DNA of 56,179 nt from an uncultured Collinsella sp. (GTDB lineage Bacteria > Actinomycetota > Coriobacteriia > Coriobacteriales > Coriobacteriaceae), in NCBI GenBank assembly GCA_902470835.1, contig CABRHR010000001.1, positions 1 to 56,179 of the forward strand. Reading direction: 5' to 3'. Below are positions 28,125 through 39,280 of this stretch, piece by piece. The translations under genes were made by a program, and so were the position numbers. Under the pieces are notes generated by a model that ran no database searches, was not told the origin of the DNA, and saw only the letters and a program-made list of their open reading frames with translations. The stretch's first letter is position 1, and each line of letters starts with the position of its first letter.

Positions 28125-29342
28125 TCAACGGTCATCGTCCTTCAGCAAGCGCCACAGCGTTGTACGGCTTATGCCCAGCACCTCCGCCGCACGGGTTCGG
28201 TTACCGTGGAGATGGTCTACAACCAGATGCGCGATATCTCGCTCGGTATCGGCCAGCGGTCGCAGAATATACAGGTCGCTTTCGAGTGTCGGGGCGCCAA
28301 AGGTTGCGGTCTTAATCACGTCCTCTTGGGCGAGCACTTCCTCCGCCACAGCGCGGTCCACCGTGCCCGCCCCCACCAATATATACAGTCGTTCCGAGAC
28401 CTCGCGGAGCTGCAGATAATTGCGCGGCCAGCGGTAAGCATCGAGCGTCTTCGTCGCCGTGGCAGACAGCGTGGGCGCTGCCGTCCCAAATGCATCAGCG
28501 AGATATTCCAAATAGCGCGCGACCTTCGTCGACGCGGCTCCCTGCTCGGCGATTGCCGGCGCCACGCTCACCGCACAGGCGAAGCGCTCGGTCACAAAGG
28601 CGGCTTGATCACTTTCGCTGCCGCCCGGCATGTCATTCGCCGTCAGCACCACATGACAGCGCGTCGCCAACGCGGTGTCGGCCATCGTGGAGACCAGCTC
28701 GCGGAGGCGCTGGGGGCCAACCGCATTCCAGCCCTCAATGCAAAGTGTCAGCCCCGTTTGGAACAGCGGCGATTCGGAGCTTTTGAGCACATGGCGCCAA
28801 CCGCGCTCGGTGAGCTCATCGAGCGCAACGGAAACAAAGGGCTGATCGGCAAAAGGACCGTCCAGATAGAGGCACTTGGCGATCTCAACCTGACCCGCTC
28901 CCAGCTCGCCCTCGAGCATAAGGGGCACACCGCGCGCGTAGCTCTCGGCAACCGGCGCAGCCACCGAGGCCGCCCCCTCAACGATGCCGTACGCGCTCGA
29001 TTCGTAGCGGGCCTCAACTTCGTCGGCGTTGAGCCATTCGATGCCCGCATGCGCCGCGGCACCGCGCACCTCGCGGACCACGACGACCCAAAGGCCCCCG
29101 CCCTCTTTGTCGGTGGGGCGAACGGTCAGGCTCAGGCGCGTACCCGCACGCCCCATAACCAGACGCGCGCCGTCTCCTATACGGTCGAGGCGCTCAGCGA
29201 CAAAAGCCGCCACATCCCGCTCAAGCGCCGCGTCATTCATGGTCGAGATCGCGACGCCCCCACGCGCATCGATTGCCAATGCCGAGGCCCCGGCAGCAGC
29301 CAGGGCCTCGGTCAAGATGTTCAGCTTGGCATCGCTATCCAT
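28125..29342 (-). CDS. Fis-HTH transcriptional regulator with degenerate sigma54-activator-like AAA+ domain (PrpR-like)
   Basis: PLMLEGELGAGQ, YRWPRNYLQL, GNRTRAAEVLGISRTTLWRLLK. Confidence 0.8.
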   Translation of the reverse strand: MDSDAKLNILTEALAAAGASALAIDARGGVAISTMNDAALERDVAAFVAERLDRIGDGARLVMGRAGTRLSLTVRPTDKEGGGLWVVVVREVRGAAAHAGIEWLNADEVEARYESSAYGIVEGAASVAAPVAESYARGVPLMLEGELGAGQVEIAKCLYLDGPFADQPFVSVALDELTERGWRHVLKSSESPLFQTGLTLCIEGWNAVGPQRLRELVSTMADTALATRCHVVLTANDMPGGSESDQAAFVTERFACAVSVAPAIAEQGAASTKVARYLEYLADAFGTAAPTLSATATKTLDAYRWPRNYLQLREVSERLYILVGAGTVDRAVAEEVLAQEDVIKTATFGAPTLESDLYILRPLADTERDIAHLVVDHLHGNRTRAAEVLGISRTTLWRLLKDDDR

Positions 29343-29608
29343 GATTTGCCCCTGTCCGCGGCGACATGCAGCCGCCGACGGTCGCACGACCGAGTGTTTC
29401 AAAATTGAACGATATTGCTCACCAAACACTATAGGGCAGAAAGCGCCGTCCTGCGAGTATAGATGTTGCCCCGCATCGCCATCCTGGCGGGGCGATAAGA
29501 GCTCTTCGGGACTTATAAACCTGCGGACAAGCCATACCCGCAAGAGCTCCTATCGCTCCACCGCAGGCTTGCGCTCACCAGCAACCAGCACACAAACAAG
29601 CTACTTCT

Positions 29609-30643
29609 CTACCAGATTCCCAGTACGTGTTGCATTCCCAAACTCATGCACGCAATGCCAATCCAGCAGCAAAAGCCCAATGCGATGGGCTTGCCGCCCT
29701 TTTTGACCAGCTCGACGATATCGGTATTAAAACCAATAGCCGCCATGGCCATCACAATAAAGAACTTCGACAGCTCCTTGATGGGCGCCGTAAAGGACGC
29801 GGGAAGCTGAAACACCGTAGTGATCACGCTCGCCAGCACAAAGAACAGCACAAACAGGGGAAACGCGCGTTTGAGGGAGAACGTGCTTTTGGCGTCGCCG
29901 CCGGCCTTGCGCGCCAGATGCATCTGCCAGCAAGCAAGCGCCAGCGTGATGGGAATGATGGCCAGCGTCCTGGTGAGCTTGACCACCGTGGCGCTCTCGA
30001 GCACATTGGCGCCGGGATGCATGCTGTCCCAGGCGCTCGCCGCAGCCGTTACGGACGAGGTGTCGTTGATGGCGGTGCCGGCAAACAGGCCAAAGCCCTC
30101 GTTGGTCAGCCCGAGCATACCGCCGAGCGTTGGAAACACGAGCGCCGCGATAACGTTAAACAGGAAGATGACCGAAATAGCCTGGGCAATCTCGCGATCG
30201 TCGGCATCGATGACGGGTGCGGTCGCGGCGATGGCCGAACCGCCGCAAATCGACGAACCCACACCCACAAGCGTCGCGATCTTGCCCGGCACGTTCATAA
30301 CGCGGCAGAGCACAAAGGCGATGACAAGCGAGGTCGAGATCGTCGCCACGATAATCGGCAGCGACTGAGCGCCCTTGGACAGAATCTGCGAGAGGTTCAT
30401 GCCAAAGCCAAGCAGGATAACCGCGCACTGCAAGATCTTTTTGGATGTATAGGTGACACCGGCAGCGAGCGGTTCGCGACGATTCTTGGGAAAGACGAGC
30501 GCCAGGACCATGCCAAAGAGGATGGCAAACACCGGGCCGCCGACCACTTCAATTTGTTTGCCGAGCAACGTCGCGGGAATGGCGATGATCAGGCAGAACA
30601 AGACGCCTTTCCAGCGCTCGCGTACGATATTTGCCAGTTGCAT
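29609..30643 (-). CDS. YeiH / putative sulfate exporter family membrane protein
   Basis: GVGSSICGGSAIAA, GTAINDTSSV, VKLTRTL motifs; ~10 TM. Confidence 0.92.
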   Translation of the reverse strand: MQLANIVRERWKGVLFCLIIAIPATLLGKQIEVVGGPVFAILFGMVLALVFPKNRREPLAAGVTYTSKKILQCAVILLGFGMNLSQILSKGAQSLPIIVATISTSLVIAFVLCRVMNVPGKIATLVGVGSSICGGSAIAATAPVIDADDREIAQAISVIFLFNVIAALVFPTLGGMLGLTNEGFGLFAGTAINDTSSVTAAASAWDSMHPGANVLESATVVKLTRTLAIIPITLALACWQMHLARKAGGDAKSTFSLKRAFPLFVLFFVLASVITTVFQLPASFTAPIKELSKFFIVMAMAAIGFNTDIVELVKKGGKPIALGFCCWIGIACMSLGMQHVLGIW

Positions 30644-30806
30644 ATGGGATTCCTTCTTTCTATTTCACGTTTGCGACGGCTTATGATACGGCAACATTGA
30701 GCACAGCCTTGCGCAAACACAGACTAAGATGCCGCAATAGTTCTCAGGCAACAGCCGAATTACCCACCGCGGAGAGCTGATTCGCGGCATAATTAACAAC
30801 TGACAT

Positions 30807-31538
30807 ATGAGTTTGATAGAACAGTTGCGAGGCGCTATGGAAGAATCGATGCACGTCGGCGAGCAGGAAACGAGCCTACAGGACCAGTCCTACCACACCA
30901 TCCGACGCAAAATCGTCTACCTGGACTACAAGCCGGGCGAAAAGCTGGGCGTCAAGCAACTTTGCGACGACCTGGATATGGGGCGCACCCCTGTGCGCGA
31001 GGCACTGGTGCGTCTGGCGCAAGAGGGCCTGGTGCGCACCGTGCCCCAGAGCGGTACCTACGTCTCACCCATCAACCTCACCCTTGCCGAGAGTGCCTGT
31101 TACATCCGCGAGCATCTGGAAAAGCAGGTGATTGTGGAGTGCTGTGCGCGCGCCACGTCGGCCGGCATCGAGCAGCTCGACCGCGCCATCGCGCTGCAGG
31201 AAAAGGCCATGGCCGAAGAGGATCGCATCGGCTTCTTTTTGAGCGACAACCTCATGCATCACATGATTTTTAGCATCGCATGTCGCAGCACCGTGTGGTC
31301 GTGGCTCGAAGAGACCAATGCCGACCTGGAGCGCTTCCGCTGGCTGCGCGCTGCCACGCAGGTTCTCGACAATCAGGACATCGTGAACGAACACAAGCAG
31401 ATTCGCCGCGCTATCGCCGGTCGCGACCCCATCGAAGCGAGCTTTTTGGTCAGCAAGCACCTGCATATGATGTTCCGCAACCAGACCGAGGTTCTGGACC
31501 AGTTCCCCGAGTACTTCGAGACCAGCAAGCTCCGCTAA
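30807..31538 (+). CDS. GntR (FadR/FCD) family regulator; start may be at 30837
   Basis: PGEKL..MGRTPVREALVRL..PQSGTYV; EHKQIRRAI..HL. Confidence 0.92.
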   Translation: MSLIEQLRGAMEESMHVGEQETSLQDQSYHTIRRKIVYLDYKPGEKLGVKQLCDDLDMGRTPVREALVRLAQEGLVRTVPQSGTYVSPINLTLAESACYIREHLEKQVIVECCARATSAGIEQLDRAIALQEKAMAEEDRIGFFLSDNLMHHMIFSIACRSTVWSWLEETNADLERFRWLRAATQVLDNQDIVNEHKQIRRAIAGRDPIEASFLVSKHLHMMFRNQTEVLDQFPEYFETSKLR

Positions 31539-31598
31539 CCTGCCAAAAAGGGACAGGTTCATTTTGGCAGGTTTTATCTGGTCAAATGCAAAAAAGGC
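31537..31598 (+). repeat. GGGACAG-core hairpin repeat, near-copy of 44791-44852
   Basis: aacctgccaaaaagggacaggttcattttggcaggttttatctggtcaaatgcaaaaaaggc. Confidence 0.8.
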
Positions 31599-31629
31599 TC
31601 GGCTCCGTCTTGATGCGGAGCCGAGCCTT
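31594..31629 (-). terminator. glmS terminator
   Basis: aaggctcggctccg / cggagccgagcctt with A-run on + strand. Confidence 0.8.
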
Positions 31630-31652
31630 AGTCGCTAGAACGGCGGAACCAA

Positions 31653-33500
<1,848 letters not shown>

Positions 33501-33652
33501 AAGATAAATCCCTTCGTTCGCGTGACTGCAAGACGTCCACGCACAAGGGGCGCTGAGACGTACAACGTTCGAGTATTGTACTCACGCAAGCGCAAGCTGA
33601 TATACCAGAAGTGGTATCTCAACTTAGATACCACCCGATGTACACACGTCCA

Positions 33653-33933
33653 GCCGGTCCAAACCACCACAAAGGGGACAGGTACCTTTGTGGTGGTTTT
33701 GGCCGGGGCGGCGGCCCGTCCCGGCGATTTATCTCGATCTGTAACATCTAGGACACCAAAAGCGGACTTACTGTTACAGATTGAGATTTTCCGTCCGACC
33801 TCGACGTTTTGTCTCAATCTGTAACAGGTAGAACCGGTTTTGCCGTCCAGATGTTACAGATCGAGACAGTTGAAGGCCGGAACAGCAAAACCGCCACGAA
33901 GGGAACTATCCCCTTCGTGGCGGTTTGGACGGC
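33653..33933. repeat. Composite ~280-bp palindrome: two inverted GGGA(C/T)AG hairpins flanking four alternating 15-bp motifs
   Basis: Hairpins 33661-33699 and 33888-33926; TCTCRATCTGTAACA at 33732(+), 33772(-), 33812(+), 33852(-). Confidence 0.9.
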
Positions 33934-33942
33934 GGCGTTTGT

Positions 33943-35559
33943 CTATGAGGCTTGCTTGGGGAAGGTCGTTGCGAGCGCTGCAACGGCAAGTCCTGCCACC
34001 ACGTAGAAGGCCGTGGCCGCAGACTTTGCGCGAACCTCGGCATTGTCCGCCAAGAGCTCCCCCTGCGCCTCGGACGCAACGCCCATCGATTCCAGGCGCG
34101 CCATAAACGCGGCATCACTCTCGTAGGTATAAACAACCTCTTCGAGCGCCGCTTTACTCTGTGTGTCGACCACATTGCTCGCATCAATACGTGCATCGAG
34201 ACCGGTGTTGACAGCGATAAGCAGGACCGAACCCATGGCGGCAGAGCCCAACGCGAGGCCCAGGTTACGCGCCGCACCCTGGATGCCGCCCGATTGCTGG
34301 GCGTCACTCGGCGGCACGGCGGAAGCGACAATGTTGTTGGCCTGCGAGTTTACCAGGCCAACGCCCACGCCACCAAAGAGCGTACCGACCACCATAATGG
34401 GCGTCAGCTCGGACGCGCGCACGCCAAACGCCATGCTCACACAGGCTGCCGCCATAAAGACATAGCCCGTACGCACCACAGACCAAGGCTTAAGCTGCGG
34501 AAACTTGCGCGGCACAAACATTGCGAGCACCAGCATGGGCACACCCGAGATGATACCCAAAAGCGCTGTCTGCATGCCGCCAAGGCCAATTACAAGCTGA
34601 TAGTACGAAGTGCCGACCAGACCCTGAGCGCCCATGTAGAAAAACGGCAGAGCAATGGCGATGACGCCGGAGCGAACGGTGGGATTGCGCACAAAGCTCG
34701 ACGGCAAAATCGCTATGCCGTGGGCGCGCTCCATCCAGTGCTCGACCGGAATCAGCATCACCAGCAATAGCAGGCCGACGCCGACAATAGGCAAAGCGGG
34801 AGAAATACCGGCGATCGTGAAGGGAGCCTGCGGCAAGGGAGCAAATACGCCCCAGGTCGAGATGCGCGAAAGACCGCACATAACGGCGAACAATCCCAGA
34901 GAGGCAATAACCGCACCCGGCGCGTCAAACTTGCCCGCGTGCAGCCCGCCACCCGTCGGCAGCTTTGCGCTCGCAACGAGCAGTGCGACAAAATAGGCGG
35001 CGAGCACGCCGAAGGTCACGCGAAAACCTGCGATATCGACCAGAATGCCCAGCGCGATAGGAATAATCGTCGCAAGCGCCGCCGATGCGGCAATCACGCC
35101 ATATGCCTGCTTGCGCTCCTCGCCTTCGTACAGCATGGACACCATGCCCAGTACCGAAGGGATAATGAGGCTTGCGCCCAGCCCGACCATCAGTCGGCCA
35201 CCCCAAATAAGCAGCTCAATGCTCGGTGAAAACGCGCACAGCAGCTCTCCCACCACAGCAAGCACCAATCCGGCACGGAAGTTGCGGCACCACCCGATAA
35301 CCATGCCGAGCAAACCGCTCGCAAGCATAAAGGTGCCCGCCATAAGCGAATAGACCGTGCTCGCCATCTGCACGTCCGAGAGCGGACATCCAAACACGCG
35401 CATCATCTCGGCCATGGCAACCGAAAACGCACCGTTGTCTGCCGAGGTACCCACCTGAGCGCATGCCAGCACGATCAGCGGCGCCAGTCGCGCCAAACGA
35501 GAAGGCGCCACAGGCTCCATCCCCGAGTTCGAAACCGCGCGATTCATGCACATCACCAT
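33943..35559 (-). CDS. MFS transporter (about 14 TM, DHA2-like); start uncertain (35559/35547/35520)
   Basis: Many TM segments; GRLMVGLGAS; paralog of 39281-40897. Confidence 0.88.
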   Translation of the reverse strand: MVMCMNRAVSNSGMEPVAPSRLARLAPLIVLACAQVGTSADNGAFSVAMAEMMRVFGCPLSDVQMASTVYSLMAGTFMLASGLLGMVIGWCRNFRAGLVLAVVGELLCAFSPSIELLIWGGRLMVGLGASLIIPSVLGMVSMLYEGEERKQAYGVIAASAALATIIPIALGILVDIAGFRVTFGVLAAYFVALLVASAKLPTGGGLHAGKFDAPGAVIASLGLFAVMCGLSRISTWGVFAPLPQAPFTIAGISPALPIVGVGLLLLVMLIPVEHWMERAHGIAILPSSFVRNPTVRSGVIAIALPFFYMGAQGLVGTSYYQLVIGLGGMQTALLGIISGVPMLVLAMFVPRKFPQLKPWSVVRTGYVFMAAACVSMAFGVRASELTPIMVVGTLFGGVGVGLVNSQANNIVASAVPPSDAQQSGGIQGAARNLGLALGSAAMGSVLLIAVNTGLDARIDASNVVDTQSKAALEEVVYTYESDAAFMARLESMGVASEAQGELLADNAEVRAKSAATAFYVVAGLAVAALATTFPKQAS

Positions 35560-35703
35560 CCGCTTTTTTCATTCCGTATATGCGGCAAGGATTTAAAACC
35601 AACCCTTCCCCTACTCATCATAAAAAATGCGTATCATGACAGGTGCCACGCTCTTTTCCAGATATACGGCAAATCGAGCTTTCTCGCGACCCTAGGGAGC
35701 CCC

Positions 35704-37536
35704 ATGAGCATCAATCAGCGACAAGCAAAGCTGCTTAAAATCCTGCTCGACCAGGCGGGCTACACCCCGACAGTCGATATCTCCGATGCCCTTGCTTGCT
35801 CGGAGCGCACCATCCGCAACGACATGCGGGCCGCTAACGCCTTCCTCGACGAAATGGGCATCCAAGCGGCAATTGTCTCCAAGCGCGGCAACGGCATCCG
35901 CATCGATGGCGACAGCACGCAGCGCGGTCAGATATCGGACATCATCAAGGAACGTTCGCTTTCCATGGACGCCGGTCTTGACCGCTTCTATCGCGGCATG
36001 TTGCTGCTCACCTGCGACTACCGGCACCAATACACCACCGAATCGCTTGCGCGGGCCATCCTCACCAACAAACAGCAGGCCCAAGACGACCTGCGCACAT
36101 GGAACGAGCTCATGACGCCGTTTGGAGCCCAAATCGTACGCGGGCGCCGCATTACGGTCGAGGGTCCCGAGGAGTACATCCGATTCTTCGTCGTCTATTA
36201 TCTGTTTGAGCTCGCGTCGACCGCCATGAAACGCCGCATTGAGCCGCAGCTCTTTGGCGGCAACGAGCAATTCTTCAACGACCTCATCGCATACGTCGAG
36301 CGCGAAAGCCGAACGCTCTATACCGACAACGCCCGCCACCAGCTTGCCGTCTACCTGCAGATTATGGTCCTGCGCATTCTTAAGGGCAAAGAGGTCGGTG
36401 GTTACACCTCGGCGATTCCCGTTGTGTACGACGACGTCGCCAACCGTATTGAGCAGCACTTTGGCATCGAGGTCTCCGCCAACGAGCGCGGCATCATCCG
36501 CGACCTCTTTACGGTCTCCACGCGCCGCTGGACGCCCGAGTTCCAGCGCACATATCAGCCCACACCCGAGGCGGCGCGCCTCACCGAGGAGTTATTCTGC
36601 ACTCTCGGCGAACGCTTTGGCACGCGACCGCCGCTTCATCTTGAAAAGCCCTGCGCCGCGCTCATCGAAGCCGGACAAACTCACATGCGCTATGAACGCG
36701 CCATCTCACTGCCCCAGGAAAACACCTGGACGGTGCGATACGAAAACATGGCCTCGTTTATGCGCCTGTCCGAGGTGCTGCGCGACGCGCCCGGCCTATC
36801 TGGGCTGAATCTATACCAGACCGACGTGACGCGCCTGGCGATGCTATTGCTCTCGTATATGGACGGCCTGTCCTCGCACGATCAATGGCGTGTCGGACTC
36901 GTGGTCAACTGCGGCATTGAGCAGGTCTTCTATGCGCGCGATCGACTTGAGCGGCTCATTCCCTGCATGCGGGTCGCGCGTGTGCTGACCGAAACAGAAG
37001 TCGCCGAGATTGAATCAGACCCCAAGCACAGCAGCCTCGACTTCCTGGTCTCATTCGACCCCATCAAGACGACGCTTCCACTCTGCGTGCTGAGCAATGC
37101 CATCGATGACGCCGATCGCAGCCGCATCGAGCTGCTGCTCATGAAGCTTGGATGCCCCCACGCACTCGACGACGCCCCGCTTGCCGGCGGTCTTCCCGAG
37201 CGCGAGCTCGATATCTCGCACGCGCGCATGCTCACGCGCACCCTTCACGCTGCACTTGTCGAAGACGGCCTCTGGCGTGGCACGCTCTCCGGCTTCTCGA
37301 ACACCTTCGAGATGCTGTCGTTCACGCACGGACCTTGGCTCTTGCTGACCGTATGTTCCCAAGATGTCGCTCAAACCGGGGCCGTGCATTACCGCGTGGA
37401 AACACGAGTCGGCTTTACCGGCGACCGCCTGCAACACATCCTGGTGCTCTGCGTCGCCCCAAGCGATGAGCGCGTCCTCACTCCGGCCACACAGCGCTTC
37501 CGCAAGCTCGCATCCGAGGCCGGTCTCAAACGGTAG
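35704..37536 (+). CDS. HTH + PRD-like multidomain regulator (BglG/MtlR/Mga-like)
   Basis: N-terminal ISDALACSERTIRNDM..SKRGNGI HTH; second HTH and GPEEYIR; degenerate EIIB-like VVNCGI; RBS AGGGAG. Confidence 0.75.
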   Translation: MSINQRQAKLLKILLDQAGYTPTVDISDALACSERTIRNDMRAANAFLDEMGIQAAIVSKRGNGIRIDGDSTQRGQISDIIKERSLSMDAGLDRFYRGMLLLTCDYRHQYTTESLARAILTNKQQAQDDLRTWNELMTPFGAQIVRGRRITVEGPEEYIRFFVVYYLFELASTAMKRRIEPQLFGGNEQFFNDLIAYVERESRTLYTDNARHQLAVYLQIMVLRILKGKEVGGYTSAIPVVYDDVANRIEQHFGIEVSANERGIIRDLFTVSTRRWTPEFQRTYQPTPEAARLTEELFCTLGERFGTRPPLHLEKPCAALIEAGQTHMRYERAISLPQENTWTVRYENMASFMRLSEVLRDAPGLSGLNLYQTDVTRLAMLLLSYMDGLSSHDQWRVGLVVNCGIEQVFYARDRLERLIPCMRVARVLTETEVAEIESDPKHSSLDFLVSFDPIKTTLPLCVLSNAIDDADRSRIELLLMKLGCPHALDDAPLAGGLPERELDISHARMLTRTLHAALVEDGLWRGTLSGFSNTFEMLSFTHGPWLLLTVCSQDVAQTGAVHYRVETRVGFTGDRLQHILVLCVAPSDERVLTPATQRFRKLASEAGLKR

Positions 37537-37592
37537 ACGGCGTGGGCGCCCATCGCGCGTGCCCATGCAAGCCTTCAAATACGCTTAAGCGC

Positions 37593-37632
37593 AAAGAACC
37601 CGTGACCGCCCCTGCAGCCACGGGTTCTTTTT
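37593..37632. terminator. Bidirectional terminator
   Basis: aaagaacccgtg / cacgggttcttttt. Confidence 0.8.
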
Positions 37633-37660
37633 AGCGTCTATGGCCTATGCCATGACAAAG

Positions 37661-39277
37661 CTATTTGCGCGTCCAGACAGTCTCGCCCTCTTTGACCGTC
37701 TCGAGAACGCGCAGGTTGCGCACCTCGTCGAGCTCGATCTTGAGCGGGTTCTTCTCGACAATGCAGAAGTCGGCCAGCTTGCCGGCCTCGAGCGTGCCCT
37801 TACGGTCGAGCTCGCCATACTGGAAAGCGCCGTTGACCGTGATGGCCTTCAGACCCTCGTACACGCTGATCTTCTGATTCTCGTCCAGCTGAGCGCCGCC
37901 CTTGGTGACGCGCTTGGCGGCGCACCACACAGCCTCAAAGAAATTGGGGCGCAGCACCGGCGTGTCGGTGTGGAAGGTAAACGGCAGGCCGCACTCCAGA
38001 GCGTCATGGCAGGCAGACACGCGACCGCCGCGCACGGGACCGAAGTTCTTAAGATGCACGTCGGCCCAGTACCAGATATGGCTGGCGAAAATCGACGGGA
38101 TCATGTTGATCTCGGCCATCTGCTCGTACTGATCGCGGCGGGCAGTCTGGCAGTGGATCATGACCGGGTGCAGGCTCGCTTTATCGGGATTAGGCGAATC
38201 CTCCAGCGCGCGCTTGTACACGCGCAGGTACTGGTCGGCAGCCGCATCGCCGTTGGTATGGGCGAGCAGCTGATGATTGCCGTCGATGGCCTTGCGCATA
38301 AAGTCATACGCGGCCTTGTCGGTCATGGTGCCATAACCGCAGTAACCCTCGCCCTCATCGCCGGGAGTGTAGGGCTCAGTCATCCACGCCGTACGACCCT
38401 GGGGAGAACCGTCAAAGAACATCTTGAGGCCGCCGATACGGAAGTGACCGGTGTAGTCCTGCGAGACAAAAGGCTCGTGGTCGGCCAAGATTTTGTCGAC
38501 ATCCTCGCCGTACATGGGATAGCTCACGACGTCCATCTTGAGCAGGCCCTTGTTCGCAAGGCCGCAGAACAGCGCTGCGAAGTCGGCGGTGGTAGCACCC
38601 TCCTGGCAGGTGGTGATGCCGTTTTCCAGGTAGATGTCCTGCATCTCGCCGATCATGACGTCCATGTCCATCTTCTGACGCGGCTGAATCACGGCAAAGA
38701 CCGGCCACATAGCGCCTGGCTCCTCGCAGTAACCGTCCGGCGTGCCGTCGGCCTCGCGGCCGTAGCGAGCGCCCTCGGGATCGGGAGTCTCGACGGTAAT
38801 GCCGGCAAGCTCCAGCAGCTTGGTGTTGGCAACAACCATGTGGCTCGAAGCGTGGACGGCGATAACCGGAATGGTCTCGCTCACGCGGTCGAGCACGTGA
38901 CGGTTAGGGTGCTCATGCTCGGCCAGGGAATTCTGGTCGTAGGAAACACCCATGATCACGCCGTCCTCGCCAATGCCGCGCTGCTCGGCAAAGGCAGCCA
39001 GACGCTCGACGATCTCATCGAAATCCGCCGCGCCGTTAAGGTCGGCAGCCACGATGTACTGCGTGCAGCCAGAGATGTGGCTGTGGGGGTCAATCAGACC
39101 GGGCATAAGGCAGGCGCCGTTGAGATCAATCTCCTCGGCATCCTCTGCCTGAGCGCGAGCCTCCTCGAACGAGCCGGTAAACGCGATGGTGCCGTCGTCT
39201 GCAACCAGCAGGGCCTCAAAAGTATCGCCCTCGCCGGTCATGGGAACAAAGTCGCCGTTAAAGTACAGCTTCTTCAT
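37661..39277 (-). CDS. Metal-dependent amidohydrolase (amidohydrolase-3 / YtcJ-like)
   Basis: MPGLIDPHSH, KMFFDGS, HTNGDAA, IHCQ, HTDTPV, GTLEAGKLADF. Confidence 0.92.
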   Translation of the reverse strand: MKKLYFNGDFVPMTGEGDTFEALLVADDGTIAFTGSFEEARAQAEDAEEIDLNGACLMPGLIDPHSHISGCTQYIVAADLNGAADFDEIVERLAAFAEQRGIGEDGVIMGVSYDQNSLAEHEHPNRHVLDRVSETIPVIAVHASSHMVVANTKLLELAGITVETPDPEGARYGREADGTPDGYCEEPGAMWPVFAVIQPRQKMDMDVMIGEMQDIYLENGITTCQEGATTADFAALFCGLANKGLLKMDVVSYPMYGEDVDKILADHEPFVSQDYTGHFRIGGLKMFFDGSPQGRTAWMTEPYTPGDEGEGYCGYGTMTDKAAYDFMRKAIDGNHQLLAHTNGDAAADQYLRVYKRALEDSPNPDKASLHPVMIHCQTARRDQYEQMAEINMIPSIFASHIWYWADVHLKNFGPVRGGRVSACHDALECGLPFTFHTDTPVLRPNFFEAVWCAAKRVTKGGAQLDENQKISVYEGLKAITVNGAFQYGELDRKGTLEAGKLADFCIVEKNPLKIELDEVRNLRVLETVKEGETVWTRK

Positions 39278-39280
39278 GAC

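Noticed and set aside
33501..33660. glmS ribozyme
   Set aside because: Only an AGCGCC hexamer is present; other core motifs were not seen and the leader looks too short
33732..33866. Regularly spaced repeats as a CRISPR array
   Set aside because: Repeats are only 15 bp and alternate in orientation, spacers are related to each other, and no cas genes are present
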